From Callorhinchus milii (lineage: Eukaryota), in the NCBI RefSeq assembly GCF_018977255.1, contig NW_024704743.1, positions 57,352,001 to 57,416,000 of the forward strand: a DNA stretch of 64,000 nt. Direction: 5' to 3'. The notes under the pieces are model-generated. The model did not search any database. It had not been told where the DNA came from and was given only the letters and a program-made list of their open reading frames with translations. Below, piece after piece: positions 12,470-27,941 of this stretch (positions within the stretch are counted from its first letter, which is position 1; every line of letters begins with the position of its first letter). The translations under genes were made by a program, and so were the position numbers.

Positions 12470-13991
12470 GTTGACACCTCCAGGGAAGGTCTGTTTACTG
12501 TCTCGTGCGGTGTTCCTCAGGGCTCTGTACTCGGTCCCCTCCTTTTTACCCTCTACACGCTACAACAACAAGATTCCATTTATAGAGCGCCTTTCACGTC
12601 GGGAGGACATTCCAAAGCGCTGGATAGCTGGGTCAGGACCCGAGCAGGGGGGAAATGGTCAGGGGGAGGGAAGGGAGGGAGCGAAGAGGTAGGAAATGGT
12701 GAGGGGAGGGAAGGGAGGGGGCGAGGAGGGGGTAGAGAGTCGAGAGGGGAGCTGAAGGCACGGTCAAAGAGAAAGGTCTTGAGACCGGCCTTGAAGGAGG
12801 AAAGGGAGGAGGCGGCGAAGGCACTGGGGGATAGAGTTCCAGAGCCTAAGGGCTGAGAGGCTGAAGGCTCGGCCACCGATAGTAGGGCGGTTGGGGCGGG
12901 GGTTGTGGAGCAGACCGGAGCCAGAGGAACGGAGGGTACGGGCAGGTAGATAGGGGGATAGTAGGTCGGAGAGGTAGGAGGGTAAGGGTGCTCTCCCTTG
13001 GTGACATCATCCGCAGACATGGTGTAAATTTCCACATGTACGCGGATGACACCCAACTCTACCTCTCTGCCTCCATCCTCAACTCCAGACCTACTGGCGT
13101 CCTGACTGACTGACTGTCCGACATCAAGTCCTGGATGAGGGACAACTTTCTCCAACTCAACATCAGCAAGACCGAGGTCCTCCTGATTGGCTCACGCCAG
13201 CGCCTCCGCACCTCAGGCGCTGGCAGCATCAGCCTCCACGGCTGCACACTCAACCTCACTAAGCCAGTCAGGAACCTGGGTGCCTTGTTTGAACTGTCCT
13301 TTCTCCCCCACATCCATGCCATGACCAGCACTACCTCCGCAATATTGCCAGACTCCGCCACTACCTCACCCCTCAGGCTGCCGAAACCCTCACCCGTGCA
13401 TTCGTCACCTCAAGGCTCGATTACAGGAATTCCCTCCTCATCGGGCTTCCCAACTCTTCCCTTCACAAGCTGCAGATCATCCAAAACTCTGCAGCTCGTG
13501 TACTCTCGCGCACCAGGCTCTGTGACCCAATCACTCCCACCCTCGCCCGACTCCACTGGCTCCCCATCCCCCAGAGGATCAAGTTCATGATCCTCGTCCT
13601 CACCGTTAAGGCCATCCATGGCCTTGTCCCCTCCTACCTCTCTGACCAGCTGACTCCATACCAACCTGCCCGTTCGCCTCTGGCCTGCTCCATGTCTCCT
13701 GCCCGACTCGCCCTACCATCGGTGGCCGGGCTTTCAGCCTCTCTGCCCCCACACTCTGGAACTCCATTCCACGGTCCCTTCGCCTCGCTTGCTCCCTTGT
13801 CTCCTTTAAGGCCGGTCTCAAGACCCTTCTCTTCGACAGTGCCTTTGGTCTCCCTCCCACCTCTTTGCCTTCCCTCACCCCCACACCACCCCTCCCCCAT
13901 GCTCAGGCCCCAACACCTGACTGTTCAGCGCTTTGGGACGTCCTCCCGACATGAAAGGCGCTCTATAAATGTAATTTTGTTGTTGTTGTTG
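12470..13991 (+). mobile_element. L2-clade LINE fragment (RT to 3' tail) interrupted by an antisense L2 3' end
   Basis: GVPQGSVLGPLLF at about 12510, MYADDTQLY at about 13040, (ttg)n tail at 13980; frameshifted. Confidence 0.88.
12562..12990 (-). mobile_element. Nested L2 3' fragment
   Basis: (caa)n tail at 12562; reverse-complement similarity to 13700-13975. Confidence 0.85.
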
Positions 13992-14250
13992 AGCAAAATA
14001 ATCAAACTATGTTCACATGTTGCTGTTAACAAAACGGCTGAAACCTCGCACACAAAGCCATGTAATGGATGCTCTGCTGTTCTCTCTCTCTTTTGCTTTG
14101 TAAGCAAATTATTGCATGAAAATGTTTAAATTGTCACAAGATGTAACAGAAAGCAGAGAGATCAATTAGATAATTTGATGAGACAAAGCTGAATTAACTT
14201 CAGCGATGACTTCAGGGCAAAATGTATAAATTGATGTTTTTCTCCTGCAG

Positions 14251-14355
14251 ATTTCAAATGATGGTTATATATACAGCAACACCGAGATCTTAACGTTATT
14301 CGATGGAGCTTGTCAGACTTGTGAGCCAGGATCTGAAGGCTTTTGCACTTTAAAG
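14251..14355 (+). CDS. vwde: VWDE exon (ISNDGYIYSN...FDGACQTC...FCTLK)
   Basis: ctcctgcag acceptor, gtagg donor; 105 bp, phase 0 to 0. Confidence 0.92.
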
Positions 14356-14619
14356 GTAGGTTCAGAAATAAATGGTAGCATTTATGAAAGCCCATACCTT
14401 TCAGGAGAGACTCCTGGACAACAGAGATTGGAAGTTTGTTTCTGTTAAGAGATCGATTGATATTCTTTGTGCAGTTTACATTATTGTCTTTTGCTGGGCA
14501 GATTCTGCTTGCTCCATTTGTCAAGTTGGTTGAACCCTGAGCTTTTGGAATTTAATAGCAATTTGATTGTTCACTCCTAGTACATGTATCTCCCTGAGTT
14601 TGGGAATGTCAATTTGTCT

Positions 14620-15090
14620 TGGTTAGTAGCACTCCAGCTTACAGGTTGTAGGCTCAAGCCCCGTATTGAAATCATAATCTCAACTGATAGTGTTGAAGGA
14701 GCCGGCATTGTCAGAGATGCTATTCCTTTAGATAAAAGGTTAAACCAAGGTCATGTCTGCCTGTTCTCATGAATTTTGAGGATTCTATGAATAATATTTA
14801 AACATAGAAGGGAGTTTTTAGTTTTGGCCAACATACCCTTAATTTGGTGATTCAACGTCCGATGCGTCACCCTTTGGACAAAATGTTAAAACAAAGTCCT
14901 GTCTATTTTTCAGTTGGATTTAAAAATCCTCTCGTTAAGTGGCCATTAACCTCATGTCTATTTGTGGGTCCTTTGCTTGCACAAAATGACTGCTCCGTTT
15001 GTCCAAAGTCACTGCATTTTACAGATATAACTTGTGTAGTGCTTTGAGATGATTCACTGTGTTAAAATGCTATAAAAATGAAAGTTTTTT
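14620..15090 (+). mobile_element. Degenerate Deu-domain-type SINE fragments
   Basis: Two diverged copies of the gat....gttaaa.caag.tc.tgtct core followed by a tail. Confidence 0.55.
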
Positions 15091-18000
15091 TNCTTCCTGA
15101 ATGAAATTAGGGAATGAAACATTTGCCTAAAATTTTATTAATTTTTGCCCACAAAATATAGTCAATTTACTTTATAGTATATTCTATGAAGTGCTTTGAG
15201 ATGAGTCGAAGATAAAGATAAGGATAAAGCGCTATAATCAAATGCAAGGATTATTAATTACTTATTATTCATTATTATTAATTACTTATAACTGCTCTAA
15301 ACACAGCAGTGATAGACACGAAACAATCTGTGAGTCTGGAATCTTACACGACAATCTTATAAACCAATTCAAGTGCACAGTTTATGTTAATGGAGACATT
15401 GGAAGAGTGGAGGATCTGAAGAGAGTGAAACAGGATCACACCAGAACAAGTTTGAAAGCTGTTTAATGGACCATACTTGTTGATGGCATCAAAAAACTGA
15501 CACTCCTTCACACTTTTTAACAACATTAAAACATTAACTAGCAATCAGGTGCTGGTTAGCAAAGTATTGCACACAAGCATAGCATTCACATTGATATGCT
15601 TTAATAGAAACCCATGATGATCTGGTTATATAATTCCATGCTGCCAACTCTACCACAGGCACCAATTTGACTCAGGCCTTTGAATATAACTTATCAATTA
15701 GTGACTGGAATGAAGCCAAAGAAAAGCAATGATCAAAGTTACCAAAGTGGTGTGACTGCGCAATTGACTGCCGTGCTTCACCTACAAAACATAGTTAATT
15801 AACTTTACAGTATATTCTGTGAAGCGCTTTGAGACATCTCGAAGACGGGATTAGGCTCTATATCAAATGCAAGGATTATTATTGTTATTAATTCTACACC
15901 TGCATTTTACTGTTACAGTAAAACTCACATAAATTTTTTAAATTTATATAATCGCCTAAGTCGTACATGCACCCAAGTCCTATTCAGTTTCCTATCAAAA
16001 CCACATAGATTTCTTTCCACTGGTCGTATTAACCATTTCCTGACTTGTAACATCTCTCCCTTCTCTGCCACACATTTACTGGCAGCATTAAATAGTGGGA
16101 AATGATGTCCTGACCTATTGAAACATTGCGCTTAACTGCTGGCTCCACCGAAGCGCAGGAAACGTAGTCTTGATCCGTTGCCACATGCACAGAAGAACTT
16201 CATTTCCCGTGATTCAATGTGATTCCAATGCTTGTTGGTAAGTGTGCATGCGGCAATGGATCAAAACTACATTTCTCGTGATTCAATGCAGCTCATGCGC
16301 ACTTACCAGCTGCAGTGACTGATATTCCAATGCACACTTACCGAATGCATGGAATTATGCAAACTCAGTGCAGATTGATTAAATTGGATTTTATACTACT
16401 TATGCAAATTTGCCTGTAACTCAGACTTGACAAAGTCATATTAAATGTTATGGTCCCAACTGATATGCATCATGTGAGTTTTGCTGTAACAGGTAGTGAC
16501 TGCTTACTGACAAGACACCTCAAAAAATTAGTATTGTCCTCCTGTGAGCTGTGTGTCAATAACAAGCATCTGATACAAGTAAAAGAGATGAACTGGAGAA
16601 TCTTGGATGGATTCATTGATTATCATATTCCTTGCATTTGATGTAATGCCTCATCATGTCTGCAAAACACCTCAAAGCCTCTCACAGCATTTAGTGTGAA
16701 GTGCAGTGACTGTATTTTCCCTGTGGCCTGAGATCAACGGGCTCAACACACATGGGAACCTGAACTTGCCAACCGAGTCAGTGCAACAGCACCTTACCCA
16801 CTAGGCCATCAATGGTTACTTAGCCTTAGTGTTACCTAGCCTGAGTAAATGCTCTCTTATTTGTTTTATGTAACACAGCCTCATAGGAAATCATGTAAAT
16901 CTTCTGTATTGGTGCTGCTGCTGACTAAATGTGTGTAATGTTGCAAAAGTTCATTTCAAAGGTGATAGAGAATCACAGGTAAATAATTTTAGTTATTACT
17001 GCTCTTGGGAGAGTATTTTTATATGATACAATATTATTTACTGTGAATTCCAATGTGAAATGGGACTCCAAGGAAAAGATAGAAATCGCTCTTACTATAT
17101 GCCTAAATTGGCCAATAAAACCTGAAATAAATAACATTGAGAATAACAATTTAAGACCATATACTGTATTGTATAGTATTTGATAATAGACTGTAACAAC
17201 TACAACAAAGATTGCTAGATTTAGATGAGAAAATTACAATATAATAATAATAAAGTAATCATTGCATTTCGCTTAGCACCTTTAACATTACAAAGCTGTT
17301 TACGGTATATACTGTAATAAAGACTGTGCATTTTGAATGCGGTGAAGACGCACATTGGGAAAACGGCAGTGCAAAGGGTGTTGCTCACTTTCAGGTCAGA
17401 GCCGAGCTCTCGTGGGGTTATGTGACATACATGGATTCCTTGCAGGAGATGCTGTGTGTAGTCTGTGTTACGTTTTCCAGTACAAGTCACCATTTACTCA
17501 GCTGTTTACATGACAAGAGCTTTTCCAACCTCACTGATGTCTTAATCTACCCTCACATTATGAATCAATCAGTTAATCAATCAGTCAGACAGACCTACCT
17601 TGGTTGCAAGATACTCTTTACCACACAGGGGAAATGTCAATACTGATGACTCTCAATAATTTACAACTGCTCACGTTGGTCACCACCTGGTGGAAGGATG
17701 TGGCAGCTACAGATTTGCAATGTTGCATCAATCATATCATTACCAAAAAGATTATGTTTTGTTTAATTTAACATTTAATTATGTAACAAAATTGAACTCT
17801 TTAAAACTCAAACCATTATTGTTGCAAACGTTTATTCTTGATGTTATCCATTCTGGGCTTTATTTGCCAATTCACAGTAAATTCCTATGAAGTGCTGGGA
17901 GATGCCTCGTGATTTCAAATGCAAATTAAATCAAATTCAAATGGAGAGAGAGAAAGTGTATATTCCATTCCAGACACAGGCATTTCCATATGTAGGTGGC

Positions 18001-18837
18001 ATATCTGGAATTCTCAGTCTAGTTTGGTGATGGATTTCTGCATGTGTCAGACACCCGGCTGACCCAAAAAAAAATTCAAATACAAGGATTATGATATTGT
18101 AATGTTTTCATAAGAATGATTCCAGTCTTTTTCCTTGCAGTCCCATTTCACAATGGGATTAACTGCAAAGTTGGCTATAATAACTATAGGAGCGATAGAC
18201 CTCTTAGTCTCTGACATTCCTATTTTTTATTCAAAAGAGAGAAAAATCTGTTTAATCAATGTTCTAATACAATATGAAAGAAATACAGGAGCTGTGAGTA
18301 ATGTTAATCTAGGAGCTTTAACAAAAGGTTTTTGCCATTGGAGAAGTAATTGAATATCGTCGTTTATAGTTAATTCATTTTTATTAAAAAAAAGAGAAGT
18401 CTCCAAGCACAGCTGTGGAATGGCTGGCTGAGGAATTGAGAAATGCTGATGTTCAGATCAGATTTCTGACATTTTACTTAATCTTAGTCTGTAAAACCAT
18501 TTTGTCTTAAAATTTAAGATTGCACAGAATTGGGGAAATTTTTAAATTCAGTCTTAATTTGGAAGTTGGTTTTGCACAGTTCTTCAAAAGATTTAAAATT
18601 TTGCACAATCAAAGGCAAATGGTCTTCTGGCTTAAGGCTTGATGGAAGTTCTCTTACAACAACAACTACAATAACTTGCATGTCTAGACTAAGACTCGGT
18701 GGAAGTTTGAGTCACAGACCCCTATAAAGATTTAGCACTGGAACTTTAATGGTACAGGAGGACCATAAGGCAACAAGAAAAAAAGTCATCAAGTGTGAAA
18801 CCGTTTGATAGGCAGTATCAAAGTTGTCAGTGCATTA

Positions 18838-19122
18838 TAATAATAATCATATAATAATAATCCTTGCATTTCATATAGCGCTTTTTATGTCTTCTAGATA
18901 ACTCAGAGCGCTTCACAGAATAGACTGTAAAGTGAATTGACTGTATATTTGTGGGCAAAACGCAGCAGCCAATTGTCTACAGCAGTGTCCCACAAACAGT
19001 CGTGGATTGAAAATGACCAATTTATTATTGTTTTGTTTTGGAGGGATTATTATCAGGTGTGTGGAGTAAGGAAACTTGCCCACGGTTTTGCCCTGCATGG
19101 AATTGAACCCAGGTGTCTCGCT
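18838..19122 (-). mobile_element. tRNA-Ala-headed SINE, 5'-truncated
   Basis: Reverse complement of the 60401 family. Confidence 0.85.
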
Positions 19123-19351
19123 TGATTCAGCTTGACTAGGAGAGGGATAGCTTGGACAGCCAGAATATGGTGAACTTTGGTATAGTAGAATGCATATTAT
19201 ATATATATATATATAAGACTGTGTGTGTGTCTATATGTGGCCAATTCTAGACTTGTAATACGTGCAATATATATTACTCCATTTTTCTAGTCTTTTTTTT
19301 ATTGAGTGTAGTAGGACAAATAGCTTCCCTAGCTTTTACTTGCTGTGTTAT

Positions 19352-19665
19352 TATAGAACATAGAAACAGGAGTAGGCCATTCAGCCCCTCGAGACTGTTT
19401 CACCATTCTATAAGATCATGGCTGATCTGTACCTCAACTCTAATTACCCACCCTTGCCCCGTATCCATTAATACCCTGACCTAACAAATATTTATCCACC
19501 TCAGTCTTGAAAATATGAATGGATCCAGCATCCACAGCTCTTTGGGGGAGGCAGTTCCAGAATTCCACTATTCTTTGCGTGAAGAACTGCCTCCAAATTT
19601 CACTCCTTAAATGGCCTAGCTCTAATTTTAAAATATTGACCCCTTGTTCTGGATTCTCCCACCAG
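19352..19665 (-). mobile_element. CR1-clade LINE 3' end
   Basis: - strand FFTQRIVEFWNCLPQRAVDA...FKTEVDKYL; tagaacatagaa tail. Confidence 0.85.
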
Positions 19666-21184
19666 AGAATATTGAGATCAGAGATCTTTTTCTGTGATTT
19701 TTTTTTGTGAAAATTAAAAGTTAAAGGCCACCACATCTCCAAAGGCCCAGAATACTCATCAATGTCTGCCACAAACCTTTCTATTTCTGCAAGGTCAACC
19801 ACATAACCATTCTATCGTTATATCTGATAGGATATAGCAGAAGTCCATAGCAACCAGCTCGAGGAGTAGAATCAATGTGTTATACACATACAATAGGTGT
19901 ATCAATAGTATGCCCTTACAATTGTTCATGCTACAAACATAAAACATAAAGCAGCACATTTAATTCCTACCTTAATATTAGTAAAGATGTGAGAGTTCCC
20001 CCACTTTGGTGTTGCTATCCATTTTTATGTGTGTTATACAGGAAATCACACTTCTGTAAATAGAATTTGGTGGTGTAGATTGAATAAAAAGCTGAGTTTA
20101 TCCAGTAAACCTGCACTGATCATTCATTCAAACCATGTATTGCCCTCCCAATTCACTTGCCATTGAACCGGTTTATGAATAATAACAGGATTTATTTTTA
20201 ATCGAGAATTGTGAAGCCAGAACTTTGAAGGAAATGAGCCTGCAGGCAATGGCAGAATCTGTATGAAATGGACATATAAATTACATTTTGGCTGTTAAAG
20301 CAGATGCCAAAAATGTACTGTAGTTAATAGAGCAATGAAACCAAACCTCAGAAGAATCTTCTCAGAGGAATTTGGTTTTGGAATAAAGCTATTCAAGTTG
20401 TTTAGCCTAATTCAAAAGCCAATGTGCAGTGTGATTTATTTTTGTGCAAAGAATAGGTAATTTTGATTTTGATGACAGGAACAGATTGCCATTTGCTATA
20501 ATGGTATGGGATTTCATAGATCACTACAGACAAGGTCAGAATTAGTGATTTATTTCATTCACAATTTGGCTAATTTAGGCCAGCACTTCCAGGTCATGAT
20601 TATACTCTGCCTTGACATTAGTGGTGGGAATTCAGGTGATAGTAAGTTTGGTGTCCTCTTGCCAACAACTAGAGACAGCAATGCAACTTACATCATCAGC
20701 ATTATTCAAGGATCGGGGACGGGGAATAGTGCAAAATTTGCTGCTGCATTCACCTACAAAATACACAGTCACTGCACTTTGCAGTAAATCCTACAAAGCA
20801 CTTTGAGCTGTTTTTCCGACATGAGAGACCTGATATCAAATGCAAAGAATATTACAAGTAGTTGTATGGGAAAGGGGAGTGGAGGTCTTGCCTTTCCCGC
20901 AAATTCTCTTTTATTAAATAAAAGGAATCTTTGATTTTAGACCATACATTATTGTCTAATGTTGAGCAAATAGTTATAATGAGTATTGTAGGCTATTCTG
21001 TTCATTGTGCTCCATGTAAAGTTGTAAAATGAACATTTAAATGTTCTTCACAGCAAATCGATGCAAATCAATGTACGTTACTTAATATTTAAGAAGTTTA
21101 AAGTAATCATATTGATACTGTGCCACAGATCTGATCATTAGAAGTGTGTCCCTTGCGTTTTTGTGTTTATACATTCTTACACGT

Positions 21185-21955
21185 GTTCATCTAGGCTCGA
21201 CTACGCCAACTCTCTGCTTGTCGGTCTTCCCAACTCTTCCCACCACAAGCTGCAGATTATTCAGAACTCTGCAGCTTATGTCCACTCCCCCACCAGATCC
21301 TGACCCTATCACCCCCACCCTCATCTGGCTCCCCATCTCCCAGAGGATAGGGTTCAAAATCCTTGTCATCGCCTTCAAAGCCTGCCACATTCTTGCTCTT
21401 TCCTACCTCCACTCCCTCCACTCAGCTCAGCCTGCTCCACGTCCCCCGACCGGCCCACCCCACCATCAGCGGCCGGGCTTCAGCTTCTCTGCCCCCACCC
21501 TTTGGAACTTCAACCCACAGTCCCTTTGCCTCGCTCCCTCACTTGCCCACTTTAAGGAGCGTCTTAAGACCCTCCTCTCGACTGTGCCTTTGGCCACCTC
21601 CACTCCAATTCCCCCACTCCTCTGCACCCCCCTCTCTCTCCTCACAACAGTGCCCGTTGCCTTCGCTCCACTGGGTCTGGCCTCCTCCTTGTCCCCCGAA
21701 TCCTTCAGCCACTATGCCCCGAGGCCCTGGAACTCCCTTCCTAGTCCACTCTCCTATTTTCAGGTCTTGGCTGAAGGCCTTTCTTTTCCACCGCACCTTC
21801 CTTCCCCTCTTCCTGGCTCGGCCCAGGGATCCACTACTGTGAAGTGCTCTGAGATACACACACTCTGGTGTGGAGGGTGCTATATAATTCCAAGTTGTTG
21901 TTGTTATTGTTGTTCCCAACATGAAAGGCACTATACAAATGTAATTTGTTGTTAT
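21185..21955 (+). mobile_element. L2 3' fragments (at least two, nested)
   Basis: Similarity to 13400-13990; two (ttg)n tails. Confidence 0.75.
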
Positions 21956-22448
21956 TGTGCATAACAGACCAAAAATCCACTTGAGACGACATGCATGTCT
22001 ATAATTTGCCTAGAAACAATTGTTTTGTCTTGAATTTGTGGATGCAATGTTATATATTATATTTTACTGTGGCTGTGGTTGATATGTTCTCAATTATCAC
22101 AAGGAATGATTTATGAAAAGCAACAAAATCTTGCAGTTCTTTTACCACCAGGGTGCACTTACCTGTCCCATCAACGTGTCTCCATCCTGAATCCTAATGC
22201 TGCCAATATTTTGATTTTGATCCACCAAATACAGATCTAATCTACCGTCAAAAGAGTGGATGAAACTGAATTTAGGTCTATGGCCTTAAATGCTGCTGTT
22301 AGACATCAAAGTAGAGTTAAGTTAGTGAAGGAATTCCCTGCAGATAGTTATTCTCCTACAAAGTACACTTTACACTGAAGTGCTTTGAGATAGTCTCCTG
22401 AAGTGAAAGGTGCTATATTAAACGCAAGGATAATTATTTTCTTAATAG

Positions 22449-23040
<592 letters not shown>

Positions 23041-24849
23041 AATGCCCCGTTCCCCCCCACCCATGTCGGGTCAATGTCGTGTCCCTACCAGCATTTGCCC
23101 CTCACTCCTGCCCATGCAAAGCTCAATGTCGTTCCCTACCAGTGTTGCCAGCAGCTCCTCAGTTACTGGAAAACCAGCAGCGAGTCCCCAGGCAACTGAA
23201 CCGCGGCTATTGGAGGGAGGCTGGTGTAGGCCTGGAGCAGCTGTGGCAAGGTGTCCATTATGCCGACCACATGCCCCAACACCCAGGAGGTTAAGTTGAT
23301 GGGAAGGAAATTTCACTGGGTTTTCAGAACGTGTGAGCCACAAGTAAATGAGTCACGATGGCAGGGGCCCACTCGCTACCTCAGGGCCCCATGTAACTGT
23401 ATGGGTTACTTGTGCATAACAGCCCCAGTGTGCAACCAGCGCCAAGGGCATTACACCCAGCAAAAGAAGGCCAGAGCAGGAACAGAATCCCAGTGGAGAG
23501 AAAATTAGAAAAAAATAATTGAATGCCCTGCATTTTAAAACAAAATTGCCTGAATTTTGCAAAGCAGAACATCATTGAAAACCAGTCGCTCGATGTGAAC
23601 CTGTAACTCCAATGTCACTTTTTAAACTGTACAACATTATCATAACTTTGACTTCATTCATTCATGTGAGGTGCTGCTATCTTTTCTTATATAAAAATCC
23701 ACCTGAATCACCAGGGAATAGAATGACATTCTGTAGAAGGTTAACTTGTTTTGCATTTCAGAAAACTTAATTTCCCCCCCAAACTGAACGACATTTTATA
23801 GTCCAGAAAGAAAAGCTTTGCACTAAAGCATAACCTCAATTAGTTACTAGAGTTAAGAGGACCACGGGAGACTAATTGAAATTTCATAGCTTATTTGAAA
23901 CTATAATTAAATACAGTGAAAAAATATAGCTTATTGCTATAGTCATCTTTAGTGCTCCAACTAATTAAATCCATGGTAAAGAGCTAATGCGTAACACTGT
24001 TGTATGGATTTGAACTTTGACCATTTTTCAATAAATGGAGCAAAGACTCGGTTTTCAACCTTCATTCTGCTCACTTCCCAGTCCCAGCTTCCCGGAGCTG
24101 AGAATAATCAGAAAACTAGATAATTTAATTGTGAATCATCATATTTCCACTGTAACTGTACTTCGTATAAAGAGCATTAAATATTAGGGTAAAGATTGTG
24201 TGATGTGATCACTGTCACTCGTCTGGGCTTGAACCCACCACTGGAAATGCTAACTGTGGAGTTACTGAATGCTGATTCCCAAGATACCGTCTTAATGCAG
24301 CGAAGCATTCTGACAATCAAATGCTGCATACGTTAGCCCTGGCAGGACAGCCAGTGGTGGCTTCAAACTCAACCATTGTGCCAAAATTATTGGGGTGGAA
24401 TCACACCTACACCAGTTGATAATTACCAATTGGGCTTTGACCCTGAAATTCACCAGTGATAATTATCACATCACACCTAGTAATGTTCACCCTTTGCTCT
24501 CTTGCTGACTTTCAATGGAAAAGCCTGGATTGTCAAGGTTTAAAGGTACTGTACTCAAGCTCAAGCCTTGTCTGACATTCGCTCTCCCAGGGCAGAAGAG
24601 GGAGGCAGGGAAGGACAAAAGGGATTCATCTTTGCTGAGGCATCTTTGCTGCACCACAAGGAGGAGGAAGAAAGGCCAAGTGGGTCAGGGTTATGGGTCA
24701 ATTCCTGCAATGTTCAGGTGATGCCTCCTGTAAAGTCAATCAAGGAATAAACATAACAGTTTGATTATTCCAGATTCTTAAAATATGAGAACTTATGGGG
24801 ATGGAGTCAGGTATGGGAGAAATACAATATTTGTCTGTTTTGCAGATGA

Positions 24850-25272
<423 letters not shown>

Positions 25273-26208
25273 TGAGGAGATGAGGAGGGGAAAGGTGACT
25301 AAAAGCATGGTCAGTGAGATACGTTTTGAGATTTGCCTTGAAAGAGAGGAAGGAGCAACTTGGAAAGACCTGGGATTGGAGTTCCAGAGAGCAGGAACCA
25401 GTGGCTAAAAACCCACCTGCCAATGGTGGGGTGGATAGAGAGGGGACTTAGAGTAGGCTAGTCTTGGTCAAGCAAAGGGAACGGGTGAAGGAAAAATATT
25501 TTTAGTTCTCTATTTGTTCGGTGAAAATATTTATCCCACTTGATCCCTCAGCTATTTCAAGCTTGTTGCACATTCCCCACCCTCTCAGCCCATCCCCCAT
25601 CATTTTAAAGAGCTCTTAACACATTATTCTACATAAAGGGCACTATATAAGTGCAAGTTGTGTTATGAGCATCAGATTGAAAAATGTCAGGTTTAGGATA
25701 TTTTTCATATTTTCTAACTTTATACCTCAAAATACTCCTCCTGCCATTAAACTTGTCATACTGTCCAAGCAAGAAACTGAGAGGAATACTGCGGCCTTTT
25801 ATGCATTAAATAACATCAATGATAAACCCCCCTGCCCCCAAATTTCACCACAATAATAATCCTTGCATTTGGATAACAATGGTTGGATCCAAAGCCGACA
25901 AAGATTAGAAGGATACCAGCTCAAGCTCTGATTTGTTTTGTTGGTTACAATAGGCAACCCAATGCATTGCACTGCTGGCTTCTGACTCAACTATTGTGAT
26001 AGAGGAGAGGAAACATGCAATCACAAACGAATTGTTAATCGAGACATTAACTGGTCACATTTTTGCTAATTAACACATCACAAGTCACAATTTTCATCCA
26101 AGTGATTTAAGGACTTACAGGACATCACAAGACTGTTAACTATCCAGCTTTAAGCAATCTACTTTAGGCACTGTGGGGAACACATTGTCGCTTTTGTTTT
26201 CTGGACAG

Positions 26209-26428
26209 GTCTTTGTGAAGCCGTGCAATTGCTTGAATGGAGGGTCATGTGTTATAAACATACACTTTCCTCCTGGCAGTGGGGAGTACCTCTGCGTGTG
26301 CCCTCTTGGTTTTGAAGGAAAGTATTGTGAAGTGAACATTGATGACTGCCAATCCAAACCTTGTGGGTTTGGTCTCTGTCTGGACGGAATCAATGGTTAT
26401 TCATGTCAGTGCCCAGCGGGCCTTACAG
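26209..26428 (+). CDS. vwde: VWDE exon, two EGF-like repeats (CNCLNGGSC...; IDDCQSKPC...)
   Basis: ggacag acceptor, gtaaat donor; EGF Cys spacing; phase 0 to 1. Confidence 0.93.
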
Positions 26429-26764
26429 GTAAATGTTTTCTTTTTATCTAATCGATCAGCCATAGAAAGCATTTTTTAAAAATGAGATTTCCGTAGGATC
26501 ATTATTTCTATTTGCCCCCTCTTTGCCCATCTTCAGATCGCACCTGAAGACTTTCCTCTTCGACCGTGCCTACAGTCACATCCCTTTCTCCCCGGCTCAG
26601 CATCAAACTACGCCATTCTTATGTGCTCTGAGACACTGCCCCATGTGAAGAGTGTTATATAAATACAAGTTGTTGTTGTTGAAATGCTAAGAAAATGGTG
26701 TAAATCGAGACCAAGGTGGAATTTCTGCTCAACAGGCTATAATAGTTACCCTATCATACAATAC

Positions 26765-27752
26765 AAAGTTACATTTGTATAGTGCCTTTCACGTCGGGAG
26801 GACCTGCCAAGGTGCTGGACAGTCAGGAATTTGGACCCGAGCTGGGGGTTGGGATCGGGGAGGGTGCAGGGCAGCAAGGGTAGGAGGGTGGCTGAACGCT
26901 CGGTCAAGGATGAGGGTTTTGAGACGCACCTTGAAGGACACAAGGGAGAGAACAATGTGTAGGAATGTGGGATGGAGCTTCAAAGGGTGGGGCCAGAAAG
27001 GCTAAAGGGCTGCCAGTGGAGCCGAGCGAGGGTGGGAGTGATGGGGTCACGGAGCCTGGTGAGCTGCAGAGTTTTGGATGATTGCAGCTAGTGGACGGAA
27101 TTGTTGGAAAGGTTGACAGGCAGGGGAGTTGGCATAGTTGAGCCTAGATGTGATCAATGCGTGGATGAGGGTTTCGGCAGCCTGACAGGTGAGGCAGTGG
27201 CCGAGCCGGGACATGTTGCAGAGGTGGGGGAAGGCAGAGCGGGTCAAGGCACGGATGTGGGGTAGAAAGGACAGTTGAGGGTCAAACAAGATGCCAAGGT
27301 TGCAGAGTGGCTCAGTGAGGTGAAGTTTGCATCCATGGATGGTGATGCTGTCAGTCTGAGGTGAGGAGGTGCCGACGGGAGCCAATCAGGAGGGCATTCA
27401 GCTGGAGAAAGTTAGCTCTCATCCAGGACTTGATGTCTGACAGACATTCTGTCAGGACAGCAGTGGTCCTGGAGTCAAGGGTGGAGGCAGAGAGGTAGGG
27501 TGTCACCCACATGTGGAAGTTGACCCCATGTCTGCAGATGATGTCACCAAGAGGAAGCATATAGATATTGAAGAGGAGGGGAGCAAGGACAGAGCCCTGA
27601 GGATCACCGCACAAGACGGTGTAGGGGCTAGAGGTGAAGCCATTTGAGCAGGTGAAGTGAGGATGGTGTGAGAGGTGGGATCTGAACCACTCAAGGACAA
27701 AACCATGAATGTTGAGGTGACAGAAGAGGCGGTGGAGGAGGATAGAGTGCTC
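26765..27752 (-). mobile_element. L2-clade LINE RT/3' fragment
   Basis: - strand GDPQGSVLAPLLFNIYMLPLGDII...WMRANFLQLN; frameshifted. Confidence 0.88.
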
Positions 27753-27941
27753 AATGGAACTTATCCCCATCCACTTTAGAGCTGCTACCTGTTCTGAAGG
27801 TGTAACATTGATATATTGAGAAAAACCACAACCTCTGTAATACATTGGTGCCATAATTAATCCATCCACTGCATTTACTTGAAGTGTTAGGGACTCTTTA
27901 TCACTGTGAAACATTAAGTGTGGGTTATCGATTCTTTACAG

